The position numbers and the translations under genes were made by a program. A stretch of 63,256 nt of DNA, filler included, from Perkinsus chesapeaki ATCC PRA-425 (Eukaryota; Protista; Perkinsozoa): NCBI GenBank assembly GCA_013115145.1. It is 8 parts of 8 records of this genome, joined end to end, with 100 filler letters (N's around TTAATTAATTAA, not from the genome) between each part and the next. Parts side by side here need not be neighbours in the genome. Positions count along the whole stretch, not along the records: positions 62,058 to 63,256 come from JAAPAO010002109.1; 7 more parts are not named here. One strand, written 5' to 3'. Below, one piece after another: positions 62,058 through 63,256 of the stretch. Each line of letters starts with the position of its first letter. Position 1 is the first letter of the stretch. The notes beneath the pieces were generated by a model. The model was not told the origin of the DNA. It did not search any database and saw nothing but the letters and a program-made list of their open reading frames with translations.

Positions 62058-63256
62058 GCCATATGTCCTACTGGTTATGGGCGACGGTGTCAAGGGCGCC
62101 AACTCTTCTACAGCCGGTTTCTCTGAAGCCAATGACGTCAAGTTCCTTACCTCTAAAGCCGGTAAACCCTACTGCTTGATGTCGTTTTCCGACAAAAACC
62201 GAGCTGTAACTTGTGTCACCGAGTATTTCAACGACAAGGCCCGATTCGGTGTAGTCAAGGAGTTCGACGTCAACTACAAGCGCAATCTCGTCATGGTTTT
62301 CGTCAGTCAAAAAACGGTGGAGGGAGCGGAGTTCACCAGTAGGAGATCTTCGCGAATCCCTTCCACCAGTTCCTACTGATGATGGCTGCTCTACTGCTTA
62401 CCCGGATTTGCGCGATCTTATCCCTGATCCGCATTCCGATGTAGTAGACGTTGCCGCAGAAACTACCACTCTTGGCTCCGAGGTCGCTCTCTTACTTCGC
62501 CTCTATCAAGGACCTCATTCTCTGTTGGTTCGTGGTATAGTCGATTCTGGAGCAACTTGTTCTTACTTCATTGCTCCAAGCAACTTCAAGCTACCGTTTG
62601 CAATTCAAGATTTGTCTGCCCCACCCAAGGTGCAGCTCGCTGATGGTAGCATTGTTTCTATTTCCAAGTCCGTGTCTCTCCGCTTTGAGATTCGTGACCT
62701 TAACTCTAACGATTGGTTTTTTAACAAGGACCACGATTTCCGGTTCCTTCAAATTAACACAACTGCTTCCGACGATTCGAACTCTCGTTCGTTTCCTTAC
62801 TGTTTGCTTGGCCGTGATCTCATCAGTGCTCTTGGTCTGGTTTGTCATGGTACTGACTCTGCCTACATTTCCGAGCGTCTGGTTCACGATTCCAGCAATC
62901 CGGTACCGCTTTCACCGGCATTGCCTACCGCAGATGCTATCGAGGTCATAATTGATTGTGACACTGCTTATGTCACTACAGATTCATCGGCTTCGGATGA
63001 CCCGCTTCTCATTCGAATTCCCGCTGATGTAGAGTTTTCCCTACTTCAGGCTCTTGATGGTACTGTTGCTGCCGGGTGGAAGCCCATTCCATTGTCTCCA
63101 GGTTATAAGACAAGGATTCGGAAGCTAACCGACAACGATTCCCGTGATTGTCCATCGCAACAGTACGTGGCCGAACTCTCTCTACCACCCCCTCAACTTC
63201 AACGGGTCCCCACCAGAGACTACGCCGCAGCCATGTACGCGAAGCTTCCTGACGAT
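62058..63256 (+). mobile_element. LTR retrotransposon gag end and aspartic protease (pol start), runs off the window
   Basis: A frame open from ~62254 to the window end contains VRGIVDSGATCSYF and LLGRDLISALG. Confidence 0.8.

Overview
Intron-rich eukaryotic scaffold, most likely the alveolate Perkinsus. Support for that: a dinoflagellate/Perkinsus-type spliced-leader gene, and many short GT-AG introns. Seven N-gaps each carry an artificial TTAATTAATTAA six-frame-stop linker, so adjacency across gaps is unverified. Protein genes: a minus-strand block (hypothetical gene, UBXN7-like, PTGES2-like, four tandem SWEET transporters, TBC RabGAP, Pol I/III subunit AC19), PEX14, a possible HUWE1/UPL1-like E3 N-terminus, an LEA-like gene, a duplicated CAP-domain GPI-anchored protein, AtuA, and Sec1/Munc18. 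Retroelement debris: LTR pol, a DIRS/Ngaro-type RT-RNaseH, a tyrosine recombinase, a LINE RNase H and a gag-protease. Three highlights. (1) A 2-kb contig carries a U2-U1-U5-U4 snRNA array, a variant SL RNA gene and an unassigned hairpin RNA with a U4-like upstream element. (2) At least ten short introns or splice-adjacent segments carry tRNA relics. One 73-nt intron is a full tRNA-length relic in register, and one intron holds an intact tRNA-Lys. (3) A recombinase-less DIRS-type RT cassette, flanked by an 8-bp direct repeat, sits at the start of an LTR. All gene models were read by eye, so exon boundaries are approximate.
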